A DNA stretch of 43,399 nucleotides, taken from positions 1 to 43,399 of IMG/VR virus record IMGVR_UViG_3300048850_000056; one strand, given 5' to 3'. A model generated the notes under the pieces. That model was not told the origin of the DNA. It made no database searches and was given only the letters and a program-made list of their open reading frames with translations. The DNA comes from a virus (Duplodnaviria; Caudoviricetes). Shown piece by piece: positions 42,400 through 43,399 of the stretch (position 1 is the first letter of the stretch; each line of letters opens with the position of its first letter). The translations under genes and the position numbers were made by a program.

Positions 42400-43399
42400 C
42401 GTTCGTCTCCGGTTCAAGGAAGGACCTCCCCGTGGCGAACTTCTCTTCCGCGCCACTCACTAGGAGGAATGGACGGAAACATAAGACGGAAATGTTTCCG
42501 CTGTCAACCACGAAGGCGGAAAACTTTCCGCTGACTCCATGCGCCTGTGCGCGGAAACAAAAAAGCCCGGCAAATTTGCCGGGCATTTCGGAGGCTGATT
42601 CGGTCAGTACTGACTAGATTCCGAAGAGCTCATTCATGGTCAAAACCTTGTGATAGGAAATGATCGCTTCGTTTCTGATTTCGATCTCTGCCGGGGGGTT
42701 GTGCTTGCGGATGATGAGGGCCTCTCCGGTACGCCGAACATAGAGGCCGATTGTCGCTTCGACTGTACCCTCGGGCTCTTCTTCCCCAATGCGGCACTGA
42801 ACCACGACAGCATCGCCGGATCGCGCCGGTTTGTGTGGGTGAACATAGACCAAGTCCCCCTGCCAATACTGCGGCTCCATCGAGCTGCCCTCAACATAAA
42901 GGGAGTAAATGTCTTTCGTTCCCATCAGCGCAGGCGGCCGCCGCACGTAATCGATGGCGTCACTAGTCAGTTGGAAGGCTCCTCTATGGTGTGATCCGGC
43001 AGCTGTGCCGAGGACGGGCACATCTTTCGGCATTGCAGAGTTAGCGGGTAGCTCAATATTGGCAACCCGCACGTCTTGGTGGGGTTGCAGTGGTTGACCG
43101 GAACCGCTGTCCTGGCCAGTGAGCAGCCATTGCTCAGAAACTTCAAGGGCCGGAGCCAGCGCCGAGAGCGTTTTTCCAGTGGGAAGTTGGTCTCTGTTGG
43201 CTAGCAGCTTGCGCAGAGTGTCTTTCGACAGACCTGCCTTCATGGATGCGGCCTGGGGGCTCAAATCCATGATTCTCAATCGTTCTTTGATGCGGTCGTG
43301 AATTGTTTCCGTCATGTGCGGAATTCTATCCGTGCCTATGGTGACTTGTAAGAGGAAAGATTTCTGTTGACTCGGCGGAAATGTTTCCGCATTTTCCGT
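42343..43399 (+). repeat. Imperfect terminal direct repeat, copy 2 (immunity region allele B)
   Basis: Aligns to 1-1056; includes pL operators, cI terminator, cI and pR. Confidence 0.97.
42614..43315 (-). CDS. cI: CI-like repressor, allele B, 233 aa
   Basis: Differs from allele A at 3 residues (T/I, P/L, K/R). Confidence 0.92.
   Translation of the reverse strand: MTETIHDRIKERLRIMDLSPQAASMKAGLSKDTLRKLLANRDQLPTGKTLSALAPALEVSEQWLLTGQDSGSGQPLQPHQDVRVANIELPANSAMPKDVPVLGTAAGSHHRGAFQLTSDAIDYVRRPPALMGTKDIYSLYVEGSSMEPQYWQGDLVYVHPHKPARSGDAVVVQCRIGEEEPEGTVEATIGLYVRRTGEALIIRKHNPPAEIEIRNEAIISYHKVLTMNELFGI

Larger units (their letters stand above)
1..43399. mobile_element. Temperate HK97-like siphophage genome (circularly permuted or prophage-derived; unit length ~42.3 kb)
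   Basis: Full lambdoid module set: cI/cro, replication, terminase, portal, protease, capsid, tail, lysis, integrase and attP; the ends repeat each other. Confidence 0.97.

Overview
This window is essentially one complete ~42.3-kb temperate, lambdoid/HK97-like siphophage genome. The host is probably an alphaproteobacterium (Rhizobiaceae inferred from gene content and promoter style). The order is: immunity region (cI/cro, palindromic operators); early-right genes (CII-like, ParB-like, GapR homologue, ParB/MT-A70 fusion, replication initiator with internal iterons); a NusG paralogue followed by a structured leader and terminator; HNH/P27/TerL cos-type packaging; HK97 head; tail with a -1 frameshift chaperone; tail spike; a lower-GC accessory island (PG-binding protein, FkbM methyltransferase, GT8-GT2 glycosyltransferase, SAM methyltransferase, RTX Ca-binding protein); lysis genes; LigD; a Zn-ribbon/TM operon; tyrosine integrase with an intact attP (tRNA 3'-end core); and the early-left operon. 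The two ends are diverged alleles of the immunity region, and the last 127 nt are identical to 930-1056, which suggests an assembly join between two homoimmune variants. The best candidates for undescribed biology are the glycosylation/methylation/RTX island, the NusG paralogue plus structured leader RNA, the signal-peptide-like capsid N-terminus, the ParB/MT-A70/KlcB-like fusion and twin conserved RNA hairpins in the left operon. All family calls come from motif recognition by eye; no searches were run.
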